Source: Neoconidiobolus thromboides FSU 785
Lineage: Eukaryota; Fungi; Entomophthoromycota
Reading direction: 5' to 3'
Length of the DNA: 64,000 bases
Assembly: GCA_025603075.1 (NCBI GenBank)
Contig: MU626334.1
Coordinates: forward strand, 1-64,000
Below the pieces are notes generated by a model. It was not told the DNA's origin and did no database searches. It saw only the letters and a list, made by a program, of their open reading frames with translations. Made by a program: the position numbers and the translations under genes. Shown piece by piece: positions 40,260 to 53,577 of this stretch (position 1 is its first letter; each line of letters begins with the position of its first letter).

Positions 40260-41216
40260 GCTATACTATTTGAAAAATTAGAGCCTATCTGAAGGACGGC
40301 TTTATTAATATAGAGTTGACTTGATTCTCAGTTGTTTTTTAATATCCATATCCTATATAATTTTGACTAAATATAAAGCAACTAGTTTCAAAAATACTGA
40401 TATCAGTATATTATATTAAATTGCTACGGTTGATGCATAAGAATTACTTTATTTAAACCTTCTTTAATCATTAAACCCTCATTTTTTATATATACAAAGC
40501 ATAAATGATTCTTTTAGCCTCTAAAACCCTATCAGAAATCTATGGAGAGAATAGCTAGTCCTTAATTTTCTTAAATTCAAAAACTGAAGAGCTTTATGTT
40601 TATTAGTTTGGAATATAAAAACTAGGTAGATAGTTTCAAGAAGACAGAAAATCGAGTAGAGGATGAGTTTCGCAGAAGTTAGTGAAATCTTTCGCTATTG
40701 CTCCATTGAAGCCTACCATGAAGGTGAAAATCAATGATTTGATTATCTCTCGTTTGCTTTGAGCAAGTCTAAGAATGTAAAACCTGAGTTAAATGAAAAT
40801 GAGGCTCAAGCGATGAGGATAGAGATCTGCGGGAATTGAGAGAATGTGAATAAAACATTAGCTTAATGTGTGAAGAAGGGATGAAGAGAAAGATGGAACA
40901 AACCTTCACTGCGTAGGAAGTGCTTTTACAATAGAGTTTGTCCTCTATAAGAGACTGATGGATGTCATTAGCTTTTACTTTGATTAAAAAATTTTAAACA
41001 CTCCAGGATCTCTTTATACAAACATTGGATCTTTTGCTTCATTAATAATAAAATTATTAACATTTTAAATATGACTAAAAAAGCTCTTTGGTTTATTGAT
41101 ACTATTGAATGTAAATAGAATGTTATCAGTAGCTCCAAATAAGGTTTTTTACTTCAAAATAAACTTGGTACTTAAGTTAATAATTTATCAAAACCATAGT
41201 AAAGCCAAGAGTTATC

Positions 41217-41324
41217 ATATGGGGGTGTTTTTTTTAACTTCATTATTTTTTCCATTTTTTAAGCGCTATTTGAGAGGAAAATTTGTTAATAAAATTCTTA
41301 AACACAAAATACATCCCTCTATAT
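41217..41324 (+). mobile_element. MITE copy 18
   Basis: ATAT-GGGGGTGTTTT...CATCCCTCT-ATAT. Confidence 0.88.
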
Positions 41325-41519
41325 TGTTCTAAAATTCACTAAATTAGAATTAGAATAAAATACTTTAAAACCACATAATTTTAGATAGTACCTAGTCAAT
41401 ATATTAGTGATTGATTTTTTATTTTAATGACGATATACAGATAAGCCATAATAAAATATAAAAAGTAAGGCTTAAAGTCATTTATTACCATAACTACAAT
41501 AAACTATTTATTATATTTA

Positions 41520-42710
41520 TAATTTTACCAAATCTGACATGGGAATCTTCCAAACTCCAATACAGTCGGCTAGATCTGGTTTATATGAAATAGCAATAAA
41601 TAACAGCAATCGAGTAGTAAGGTTATATCAAACTCTTATACTCATATTTAATAATCTAAAATACTTAAATATTTTGAGGTTTAGAAATACGGATAAAAAA
41701 GGAAAGAAGTCCTCAACTATATGTACAAATCTATCAGCTTCAATTTTTTTTATAAGCTTACATTTGGCTGAGCCACCTCTTCCAGTAAAAACATCATTGA
41801 TATTTGTATCACAGTTGTTAAAAGATATATTTTCAACAATATCTGTGTCATAAAAATTGTTGAAGATAATAAGTCGTATATTTGATAGAAAAAGTATTGA
41901 GCTTGATAGTTTGTTAAACTATAGACGAATTTGCTTTAAATTTGACAATCTTAAAAAATACTTCATTAATTGAATAATGAAAATTAAAAATAACTAAACT
42001 AATAGCATCGCATTTTAAAAAAAATCATACATACGCATATTCATTTGTACTATTAAAAAATCCTTTAAAGTTGTCCAACTATGCCATGCTTTTCGGTTGC
42101 TTTAAATTAAGTATTTAATGGTGTGTTCAGTGTCAATTTTTTTTTTGGATTTTCAACTCTAAATTATATGCAAAAACTATCTCTGAATCATATTCATGTT
42201 AGAGAAAATAATCCATACTACTTAACTGTAGCATATTTAACTTAGTAAACTTTGTTTTAACAATATCTAATCCTTAAAGTCTTAAAAAATAACCGCCTGC
42301 GTTTGCATAAGGGATTTTAGTCCACCTGGATCTAAATATTTAATAATGTCTTTAATAATGTCTTTAATAATAATATCATTCATTTCAATTTCAATTTCAA
42401 TTGGCTCGAATAACTAATAAATACTTCAATAGATTGTATGTAATTCAGTCTTTAGCATGTTATTATTATTAGATGGCTGTTCGTAAGTTGTGGATGTTAT
42501 ATCTGAATAATGATTTAAGTATTGAACTATCCCATTGCTTATATTCATATGGCTTATCAGTGATCCCCTTTCCTTAACAAAATTGAATTTATAGTCTTGA
42601 TATTGTTTACATTTATTTAGGAAATACAGCTTAAATAACTTAACTGGGCTTATATATTTAAAATTTTCTTCTAGCAAAATGTCAGATAGATACTCGGATT
42701 TTAAACTCAT
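41520..42710 (-). pseudogene. F-box/LRR-like relic
   Basis: N-terminus LSDILLEENFKYISPVKLFKLYFLNK resembles the F-box segments at 318 and 5106; second F-box-like piece IIKYLDPGGLKSLMQ; LRR-like RLSNLKQIRL and FLNLKIFKYFRL, with stops. Confidence 0.45.
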
Positions 42711-43752
42711 TTTGAAGTCAAGTGTGAAATATGGGCATTTAATTCATTCTCATTTTATACCTTCTAAGCCCTGTTCTAATTAGCTAATGGTTATATATAA
42801 GGAGTAAAGTTCAAATATGCAATAACTAGGATTTTGATCAATAATGACTTTAACTTATCTATAATCATTTAGTATTGACTTTTTTACTAATATTAATAGC
42901 CATTTAGCTGTGAAGTGAATAACTTAAGCTTTTATTTGAGGTAACCTTATAAATATATCTATTAAGATGAAGTTATTGCTTCTAAGCTTTCACAAAATTA
43001 TAAAAAAATGATAGTGTAAACTAGAAACAAAATGCTCTTATTTCCATGTAACTCATCGATATTCTAAAAATAATATAAATCTAACTTCTTTACATATCCT
43101 AAACTTTCGTTTACTTTTTCTATAATAAAATTTGTATCAGCTTTATCTGATTTTGTACCTTGTCATTATTTCTCCATTAAATACCACTGTTTCAGACACT
43201 TAAATATTGAAAATTTTGTTCAAGTACAAGTAGCAGATAGATTTTAATTTTAAGCAATAATTGAACCCATTTATAAAAAACATTAAGTTCGAAATTAGAT
43301 TAAGATAAATTAGAAATTTTTAATATGTCTTACAATAAATTTTTTATATCATATAGCTTATTTTAAAGATCAAATAATAGTAACACTTTCCATAGGATTT
43401 ATACTTAATCTCCGATTTCTATAATAAAGCTTATAAATTGGATCATAGGTTTAAAGTAACCCAAATAATGGGGATCGATATTTAAAAACTATTTATTCAT
43501 AATCAATTCATATTTTTATATTCAATTCAAATATTACAATCAAATGACATTCCACCTCCATTAATATTCTTTCAACTCACTTTTGATCTGCAAAAACTCA
43601 ATTTAAATCAACCTAACTCTATCAAAAAACAGCAAAAATTCTATCTCAACAGATTAAAAAGCTGAATCATTCAGCTTCCACTTATTTATCATTTTTAATG
43701 TTTTTAAAGCCAATCTTAAGTTTTAAAACATTAATCCAAAAGCATTGAATAA

Positions 43753-46700
43753 ATGGCATCAAACTTAAATCCAAGTGCACATACATTTGTACCAAGAGTT
43801 CAAGAAAAAGAGGGTGGGGCTACAAATGGCAATAATGAGGTTGAAATTGGGATAAAAAATAATGGGTTTGGGCAGGAAGGAGAAGATAAAGGGATGAAAG
43901 TAGATATTATTGAAGGTAAATATCAATTTGGAAACGATATAGGAGTGAGCGACAATGGTAAAGTAATATACCCTAAGTGGAATATCAATTTTAATAAAGA
44001 GTTAACGGGATTAGATGGACAAGGTAAATTTGATTAAGACAATATAAAAACTATATTCATAAATCATAATAATAATACTAATTTGTTTTTTTAAAATATA
44101 AATCAGATATCAAAAATATTAAAATAAATTTCCGATATTTATTAAGCTTATTACAAAAGGAAAAAGAAAGTTATCGAAAACTGAATAAATTTTATCAAAA
44201 TATCGAAAAAAGTATAAGAAATCCAATGGGATTATATTGGTTAGCTAAAAATATGTTTGTTTATAATAACATTGGTAAATTGAACAATCAACAAACACAA
44301 CATAATACAACGATAATGGACTCAGAAGTTAAAATTAGTTTTACTTATTTAGTGATTAATTTATTTTTAGCTAATAGAGAAGGTGATTTGTTTTGTAAAG
44401 ATATTAGCAAATTGATTGCTTTTATTGGGCAAGCTTTGGAAAACAATCGAGGTTGTTATTTTTTATGGATGTTTAATGCATTGCGAGAGTTATGTGATAA
44501 AGAATTTATTCAAAGTAAGTTTATTGATAAAGAAATTATTAATCAAAAAGTCGATTTTTCAATAATAGTTAAGAACGCAAGATTGTGGTTTATTAATTGT
44601 TTTAAAGATTTTCTAAATCAACAATTACATATATCAATCTTTAAAAATAATTTAAAACAAGAAGAAATCAACCAATTAGATCATTATACAAAGATGAAAT
44701 CAGACTTTTTACCATTTGTCCAACCTTTTATTTTAGATTTAAGTTTATTTTTAAACAAACAAAATATTTCGTTTGACGAAGTTTATAATATATTATTGGT
44801 TATTGAAATTATATTAGTCCGATTTGAATTTAACTTTGAAACAATTGTATTTCTAATCATGAATTTAATTAATAATTTAAAATTAGAAAATGAAGATTAT
44901 TTCGATCGTAAATTAAATATTACTTTACATTCAATAATATCTAAATTATTTAAAAATCAAAGTATTAACCCAATAATTTATAGTAAATTAATTGAACAAT
45001 TTTTATATTTATTAAATTTAAATTCATTACAATTAAATAATATGAATTTCATTATTAAATTTCAATATCAACTAAGAATGTTTTCTATCTTTTTATCTAT
45101 AATTACAAGAGAATTAAATAATGAAAAAGAAAAAATTATATTAAATAAAAATTATAATCAATCTTCTTTATTTAATATATTACTAGAAAAGATATTTAAA
45201 CATTCCATTCCATTTTTATTCAATTTAATTGATAAATATCAACAATTAATTAATTTAATAGAACAAAATCAAATAAAGATAAAAATCAATAAGTCATTCG
45301 GATCAGTTGAAATTAAATTAATGGATTTAATATTAGACAATTATGAGTTAGCTAATACATATTTCAATTATAGTATATTATTGTATAATTTACATAATAA
45401 ACAATTAATTTTGTTACAACAGAATATTATTGAATTTGAAAATTCAAAATGGATTTATAAGTTATATCAAATTATTCAACAATCTACAACAGCTGAAAAA
45501 ATAAACTATTTTGAACAACTAGTTAAACCTGAAAGTAATTTGTTGAAGTTAAGATATTTTTATTCAACTAAAGATGCTAAATTAATGAATCAAATTTTTA
45601 TATTTTTTAAGAAATTATTATTACACTTAAATAATAAGAGTCATGATTTTAAAGCAAAGAATCATGCTCTATCCTTCAAATTAATTCCTTCAATTAATGA
45701 ATTCTTTTTGGAAATCATGACGTATTATTTTAATGTATTGGAGGTTAATAAGGACAATAAATATCAACAAGATAATCCACTTGAGGGATCAATTCATGAA
45801 TTTATTCAACAAAATCTTACTGCTCCAGCACAAGAACAATTTGTAATATTAAATAATTGGTTTAAACAATATAATAATAATAATAATAACAATAATAATG
45901 ATAATGATAATGATAATAATGATAATAATGATAATAATGATAATAATGATAATAACAGTAATCAACAACAACAAATAGAATTAGACAACAATCAATGGGC
46001 ATCTTATCTAAAAAAAACTCAACAATTAAATTTAAGTCATAACAAATTCATTAATTTACAAAATATATCATTTAATTTAAAATTATTAGTATTACTAAGT
46101 CAATATTTTGAAGTATTTATTGAACGTACTATTGCATTTTTAATATTAATAGTCAGTAATAGTTTAAATATTATTAAAGAATCAGACAGGAATAATTTAG
46201 CATCAATTGAACTTCAAGAGCATATAAATTATTTTCATCCAACATTACTACTTACTTTAGATACATTGATTTCACATGTAGATAATTTTATGATGAACAA
46301 TAATTTAATGATTACTCATAAATTATACATTAGTTTTTTAAACATATGTTTGAAACAAAATTTCATTAATTTAGATACTAACTATTCTAATTTAATATTT
46401 CAGTTATGTAATAAATTATTGGGTTATAATCATACATCAAGTAATATTGGAAGGAATAATTCAAATCTAATGAAAACTATATTAATACAATATTCAACTC
46501 AAAGTATTGTTACGATTCGATTAAAGGTAGCTAAACTATTAGTAAAGTTTATTAAAGTAAAGTTCAACTCAATAGCTTTTACTCAAATGATTCATGAAAA
46601 TGAAGAATTGAAATCCATAATTCAATTCAATTTAAATGATCCAATAGAAAAAATTCGAGAGTTCTATTTTAATGTAACATTTCAATTGTTTCCATTGAAG

Positions 46701-49700
46701 TTGAATAATAATTTCAATAATTTCAATAATAATAATATCACTACAGATTATCATTTACAACGATTAATTTACAACTCCCCTCATTCTGGCTATTTTCAAC
46801 CTCACCATTTTCAATATGTAATGGAGCAGTTAGGTTTAAATCAATATTTAATATCAAAAAATAACACTACGCTCGTTCCCTCCATCTCTACTACTTCCAA
46901 TGAACTTGAATGGACTAATAAATTATTTCAAGATAGTGGTAATTTGGATGGAATTTCCAACGTTTTCCCTTCAATGTTCAATCTCAATTTAGAAACATTA
47001 CAATCTTGGATTGCATGGGAAGTGGCACGATATTGTATTTTAGCAAGATTAAGAACCCCATTCGGTGGCCCTAGTCAAACATTAAAAGCATTTGAGGATA
47101 GTATGGAATATTTATCAAATACTAATAATAATAATGATTTCAATATACAACTATTTTTAAAAATAATGAATTATTTAGAATTTTGGATAGATTATTGTAT
47201 TAATGGTCATTATCCTTTTGTAAATGAAAGTAAAAATGGGCTGCCAGAAGCACCAAAATCCTCAATTGCTTTTTTTATTACCAATCAAAAAGTATGTCAT
47301 ACTTGGTTTGTTGAATGTCGATTTCAATTATTTCAATTGGCAAAAAAATCCATGGATAAATTCACAACAATTCAATTGGGTTGGAAAGTATTAAGAGATT
47401 GTGTTAGTGAAAACAAGGAGTTGGAAGTGAATATAAGCAATAAAGATATATTGCAAGTAATTATGGAAATGATTATGGAATATCAAGAGATGGAAGATCA
47501 TAGGGAGATTTTAGAGTTATTAAAGTGGACGAGAAAGAATTCATCTCAATTGATAGGAAAGAGTGAGAATAAAAACAAGAATAAGAATAGCAATAAGAAT
47601 GAAAATGAAAATGAGAATGAGATGATTGCTAACATTATTTTAGGCTTTATGGAATGTAACGTAAATCAAGGTGGGGAAAAGTTTTTAAACTTAAGTAAGG
47701 AGTTATTAAATAATACAATTGTTTATAAGAAGATCTGTTTTGATCCAAAAGAATTAAATTTTTTACAGTTTGTATTAAATTGGGTTGGGGCTATTATTTG
47801 TCCATTAAGAATGAAGAAAATTAATTATAAAGAAAAGGAGTTAATGGATAATAAGTTTCCAAAACATGAGATTGATTTTGAACAATTTAATGAACAATTT
47901 ATTAAATATAATAAATCCAATCAATATATTAAAAATTTTGATGATAGTAAATTAAAACAATTCAATTTTTTAAGCAGTAAAATAACAAGGAAAGGAATTC
48001 AAATTGGTATCAATACTATATTAGAGTTAAAAACTCAGTTATTAATAGATAATGAAGAAGGTATATTAAATATTCAACAAGATTTCATTAGTCCAATTTG
48101 TAATAAATTAGCTAAATTGAAATCAAATTCAATTGATTTTGAATGTAAAGATATTAAAATATTAACTTTATTTAATCAATTATATAGTAATAATGAAATA
48201 AATAATGGTATTAAAGAAATTAATAATTTAAAACAATTTAACAAGAATTGTTTGGATTATTTAAAAGATAGTCAATCGGAAGTCAAGTTTGATTTAAGTA
48301 GTATTATATTGAAGGAAGATAATAATGATAATTACAACATCAATGTAAACGATGTAATATTAATTGATTTATTATACTATTTAAATCAACAAAAATATAA
48401 TAATAAGATAGAAATACTAAAGGAGAATAGTAACAATAATAGCAATAATATCGATTTTATGATAGGATATTGTTTATATCATAGTAAAAATTCAAGATTT
48501 AATTATCAATATCAACAATATCTAATTAGCTTAGAGAATATATTATCAAAAGAAGATAATCTAATATTAAATTTAGATTTTAAATTAAAATATAACCCAT
48601 ATAATAGTAATAACATTCAACAATTAATCGAATTAATTCACTCAGATCAAAAGAATAAAGAATTGATTTGTAAATTAGGATATGATTATTTAAATTTTAT
48701 TAAGGGAAATAGGGAAGACAATGAGGTAAATATGAAGTTGTTAAGTCTAGATAAAATAAATAGTAAATTTAACAATAATTCAAATATTAATAATAATGAA
48801 TTAATAAAATACCCCAAGAATGGAACAATCAATGATGAATTAATACAATTGTGTATTAGCGTATTTGAACTAAATCAAACTCACAATTATGATTTAGAAA
48901 TTGGTACTTACTTATTAGATCAATTAATCAATTTGAAATTAAATCTAAAATCAAATTTAAAATTAACATTAAACAATTATTTCGGGGTGGATTTAAAAAT
49001 GGTGGAAGTATTTTATCAAGAAGTTAATAGTCAAGATAAACAATTATTCTTCAAGAGAGTAGTATTACCTGTATTTGAAAATAAAATAGAAGATATTGAG
49101 AACAAGTTAACAGGACATTCCGATTTTGTTGTTGGTTCTTGTAATATATTTCAAAAAGAATTAAAAGAACAAATTCAAAATTTAGTTAACTCAAGTTTAA
49201 AATATTTCACAGGTTACTTTTTATATAATCAACATAAAATAAAGGATCAAAAACAATTGATTTGTATAGGATTAAAAATATTAAAATTAATGAAAGATTA
49301 TTATTTCTATTTACAACAGAATACAATACAAGAATTAAACAAATTGGGAAAGAATCCAATATGGGGTAAAATAATAGAACAAATAATATATCATTTAGAA
49401 AATCCAAAGATTTCAACTATTATATTAAATATATTAAAAAATTATTTTTTGAATAATTTTTCATCAGATTTAATTTATTTAATTCTAATGAAATATAATC
49501 AACACTCAGATTTAATACAATTATTAATTGAATGTACACAAATGAATTTAATACAATATACAAATTTAGTTGACTTTATTCATTCATTATCTAATTTAGG
49601 TAGTTTATGGGATGAAAAATGGACAATTAAATTAAATAATTGGAATTTAGAAATTCAACATTTATTTCAAAAAATATATATTGAACTAGATTGGTTAGAA

Positions 49701-51707
49701 AGTATATTATCACCACAACAAAATCAATTAAATAAACAAATATTAGTTTATCAAACAATATTAAACCCATTAATTGAAGATATTCAGAAATTATTTAATA
49801 ATACATTTGAACTTGGAGCTAATACTCCATATGAAACTATATTAATTAATAAATATTATGAATCAATTAATAAAGCTATTAAGTTATTAAAGAATCCAAC
49901 GGATATTATGCAATTTAAAAATGGATGGAAATCATTTGAAGAAATTCAAAAGCTAATGCAAAAGGAAGTGTTGTGTCATCGAACATTGTTATTAAAAGAT
50001 ATTTGTCCCAATTTAAATAAAAATATTGATTTTAATCAATTATGGTTACCTAATTCAACAATAAAGATTCAAAGTATAAGTAAACAAATTCAAATATTAC
50101 CTAGTAAAACTAAACCTAAAAAAATTAGTATTTGGGGTCAAAATGGGAAGCAATATAGTTATTTATTAAAAGGATCCGAAGATTTAAATGTTGATCGATT
50201 AATTATGCAATTTTTTAAAATGAGTCAATTAATATTAAATAAGAATTATAATACTTATTTAATATTACCATTTAACAAAGAAGGTGGTTTAATTGAATGG
50301 ATGGATAATACGATTCCTTTACAACAAATTTATAAACATCATCAAGTAAGAAAATTAAAAAATGAACAACTAATGAATCAAATGAAATTAAAAAATAATT
50401 TATTAAAACAACATGAAGAGAATAATAAAGAATTATCAAGTAACAGTAATAATAATAATTTAATAAAAGATAATAATAAAGAAAACAAAATAACAAAAGA
50501 AGAAGATATAAATAATTTAAATATAGCTAATAAATTATTTTGGGATTTAGCTAAACCAATAATTAAAGAAAAAGAATTAAGTAATAATCGAAAATTATGG
50601 CCTATTGATTTATCATTGAAAATTTATAATTTGTTATGTGATAAAGTGGATAATCAAATATTTAAAAAAGAAATTTTAGGCTATTGTTTTTCATTTATGG
50701 AATATCATCTTCGATCGAAAAAAATTATGCAATCTATAGCTACAATTTCTATTTTAGGTTATTGTGTTGGCATTGGGGATCGACATTTAGATAATTTATT
50801 ATTAAATATTCAAGATAATGAAATTGTATTAATTGATTTTAATATCTCTTTTTTAAGAGGTTTGGAATTACCTTGTCCTGAATTAGTACCCTTTAGATTA
50901 ACTAGAAATATGCTGGGATTGATCGAAAACTATTTTGAAATATTTCAATTGGAATGTGAAACTAATTTGGAAAAAATTGTACTTAAAAATGATGGGTTAA
51001 TTGAGAATTTATTTTCAATGATCAATATAACTACTTGGACTAAAGAATCACCTCAAAGTCTATATTTTAAACAAAGAAAAAAACAAGATATTATTAAGTT
51101 TGAACGAATTAAGTTAAGATATCAACATTTGATTTTAGTATTGCCATCCAATCTATTAAAATTAAAAGAATATTTACAACAACTAATAAATTTATTAAAT
51201 GAAAAAGAAGTAAATTTAACTCAACTTAATTTATTTTTAGATGATCAATTATTGAGATATTTAAATTCAATTATTTTTGATAAAGCTAGTGAATTACTAG
51301 AGGAATTAAAAATTGGATTTGAAATGACGACTCCACCATTAAGGAAATTAGCTAACATTATTCAAAACTTAAAAGAAGATTTAATAATTGAATTCAAATT
51401 AATAATTGAAGAAGTTTCAAGCTATGAAGATAATACATTAAAAGAATTTAAACAACAAATATCGATTTTGATTAATGAATTAGATAATTTAAGTGTTCAA
51501 TTTCAATCTTTGAAGTTAAATCAAGTTTTATTCAATGAGATTGAAGGAGAGGTAAAATCATTTGAAAAATTAGTTCCAAATTGTTTAAATCAATATTTAC
51601 ATTTGAAAAAAGATCAAATAAAAGAAAAAACAAAACAATTGATTGAGGAAGCAATGGATAAAAATTCATTGGCTAAAATGTATGAAGGATGGACAGCATG
51701 GGTCTGA
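43753..51707 (+). CDS. SMG1: SMG1 PIKK kinase (NMD); exon 1 43753-44023, intron 44024-44106, probable in-frame intron 44275-44370
   Basis: WIAWEVARYCILARLRTPFGG, ILPSKTKPKKI, YLLKGSEDL, GIGDRHLDNLL, ELVPFRLTRN and FATC end LAKMYEGWTAWV (human SMG1 ends ...YEGWTAWV); splice phase joins ORF 43753 to ORF 44226. Confidence 0.93.
45871..45958 (+). repeat. AAT/GAT trinucleotide repeat encoding an Asn/Asp tract in SMG1
   Basis: (aat)n then (gat aat)n. Confidence 0.9.
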
Positions 51708-52203
51708 TTAAAGTTAAGGAACATATAATAAAAAGATAAAAATGACACTAGTCTATTAGTTGCTGAGTGTTTTGTCTTCTGATTGTTGAAATTGATTGAA
51801 GTTTCAATAAGTGAGAGTTCAAGTGGAAAGTCTTGAATTTTTCTAATAATAAAAGAATTTTTTTTATTAATACTATTTTAGTTAATTAAATATTTTTAAA
51901 AAAAAGATTATACTCCAGAGTTGTTTCTAAATCAATCTCGCTTTCTTAGACAAACAAAATAAGAAGGTTATTGATTACAATGTCAAATACTTTTATGTAA
52001 AAAAGTGGACTGTAGCAATTTTATACTCTTATATATGAATTTGCCCAAAAAAGGAGATTAAAAATTATCTTGAAATATATGACCGTTTAAATGCCTGATT
52101 AAAATTCAAAACAAAATTTGTCAATATCACTTTTTTGTCCATTTTTCATATAGTGTCAAATTTTCAAATATTCTTAAGTTAATACTGGATAAAAGGTACC
52201 AAT

Positions 52204-52309
52204 AAATGGGAGTGTTTTTTTTGACTTCATTATTTTTTCCATTTTTTAAGTGCTATTTGAGCGGAAAATTTGTTAGTAAATTCTTAAATACAAAAATACA
52301 TCCCCAAAT
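52204..52309 (+). mobile_element. MITE copy 19, TSD AAAT
   Basis: AAAT-GGGAGTGTTTT...CATCCCC-AAAT. Confidence 0.92.
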
Positions 52310-53163
52310 GTTGATTAAATACATTTAATCCAAATTCTATTCCAAACTTCTTAATTGTTCATTTAAGAAAACAAATATGTCCAAATTCGGTCAAAATAGT
52401 TGAATTAGGCTTTAAAAAAAGTTATTAAATAATTTGACTATAAAAATTACTGCTAATCACTTAATATTGAACCAGTTATAAAAAAGTAAGCATTTCTATA
52501 GTACTTAATAGTCTATTTGGCATCTTTGGTAAAAAAAACCAAACTGAATTCAATTGGAGTCGAGGTTTGAAATCAACTCATATATATAAGGCTATAACAT
52601 GTTAATCTATATATTGTGATAATAGTTAGTTTAGCTTAGTTTGTTATCAAGTTTTTAATGCTTTCTACTCATCTTTAATTATCCTTATCTATATAATCTA
52701 TTAAAATATTTGCTTATCCAAATATTTATCAAGTTTTTGATAGCAATAGGTTTTATGCAATTTTCCATCTGTACATTAAAATTTCAGTAATATCTTATTA
52801 ACAGTAGAGTTATTAAAGTTGTTGTTTATTTTATTTATAAAATATATCAAAAGCTGTATTTCAAAAGCTGCTTAACTCCATTATTTTTATTAATTTCTGT
52901 GAAATTTTATTAAATTGTTCTTATAATTGATTTTAGTATTAAAATAGTAGATTTGAAAATTTATTAATGTAAAATTCCAAAGAATATAGTGTAAGAAAAA
53001 AAGATAATGAGGGCGATTAAACTTATAAAAAAAATAGTTCATATTCAAACGACTATTGATTAACTTTCACTCTCACTTTCATTTAATGATAACTCTGAAT
53101 AAGTGAATCTTAATTATTATACTTATTATCATTCTTCTCTTCTTCTACTTTCCTTTCACATCC

Positions 53164-53577
53164 TTACAATTTAATCACTTTCTTTTCATCTTTCAGACTA
53201 TCTTCAAGTATATTTTCTTTCTTCTTAAAGCCATTCAATTTATTATTTAATTTACTATATTTTTTAATTTTTTTAATTGATGCTTTTTTATCTTTAATCT
53301 TCTTTAAGGTAATATTAGTTTTCTTTTTAACTTTTTGTGTAATTGTTGTTTTGTTTTGTGTTATGGAAGTAGCATTATCATGAGTTAAAAGTTGTTCGGA
53401 TTCTAAAAGTTTGGGTAAAGTCGAATTGTTGACAGTTGGTTGAACATCAATGGGATTTCTCTTTTGTTTGTCATGTTTAGCAAGAATACTTTTTTTAAAA
53501 TTCAATGATCTTGAATAAAAACTACAAGTTGATAATTGAATTAGCAATAACAGGACTCCAAAGAAATAAAGTTTCAT
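53164..53577 (-). CDS. Small putative secreted Lys-rich protein
   Basis: Signal-peptide-like MKLYFFGVLLLLIQLSTCS, dibasic KR at residues 39-40, several N-x-S/T sequons, basic tail. Confidence 0.6.
   Translation of the reverse strand: MKLYFFGVLLLLIQLSTCSFYSRSLNFKKSILAKHDKQKRNPIDVQPTVNNSTLPKLLESEQLLTHDNATSITQNKTTITQKVKKKTNITLKKIKDKKASIKKIKKYSKLNNKLNGFKKKENILEDSLKDEKKVIKL

Noticed and set aside
41539-41853. 104-aa plus-strand ORF
   Set aside because: Antisense to the LRR-like relic; no recognisable features
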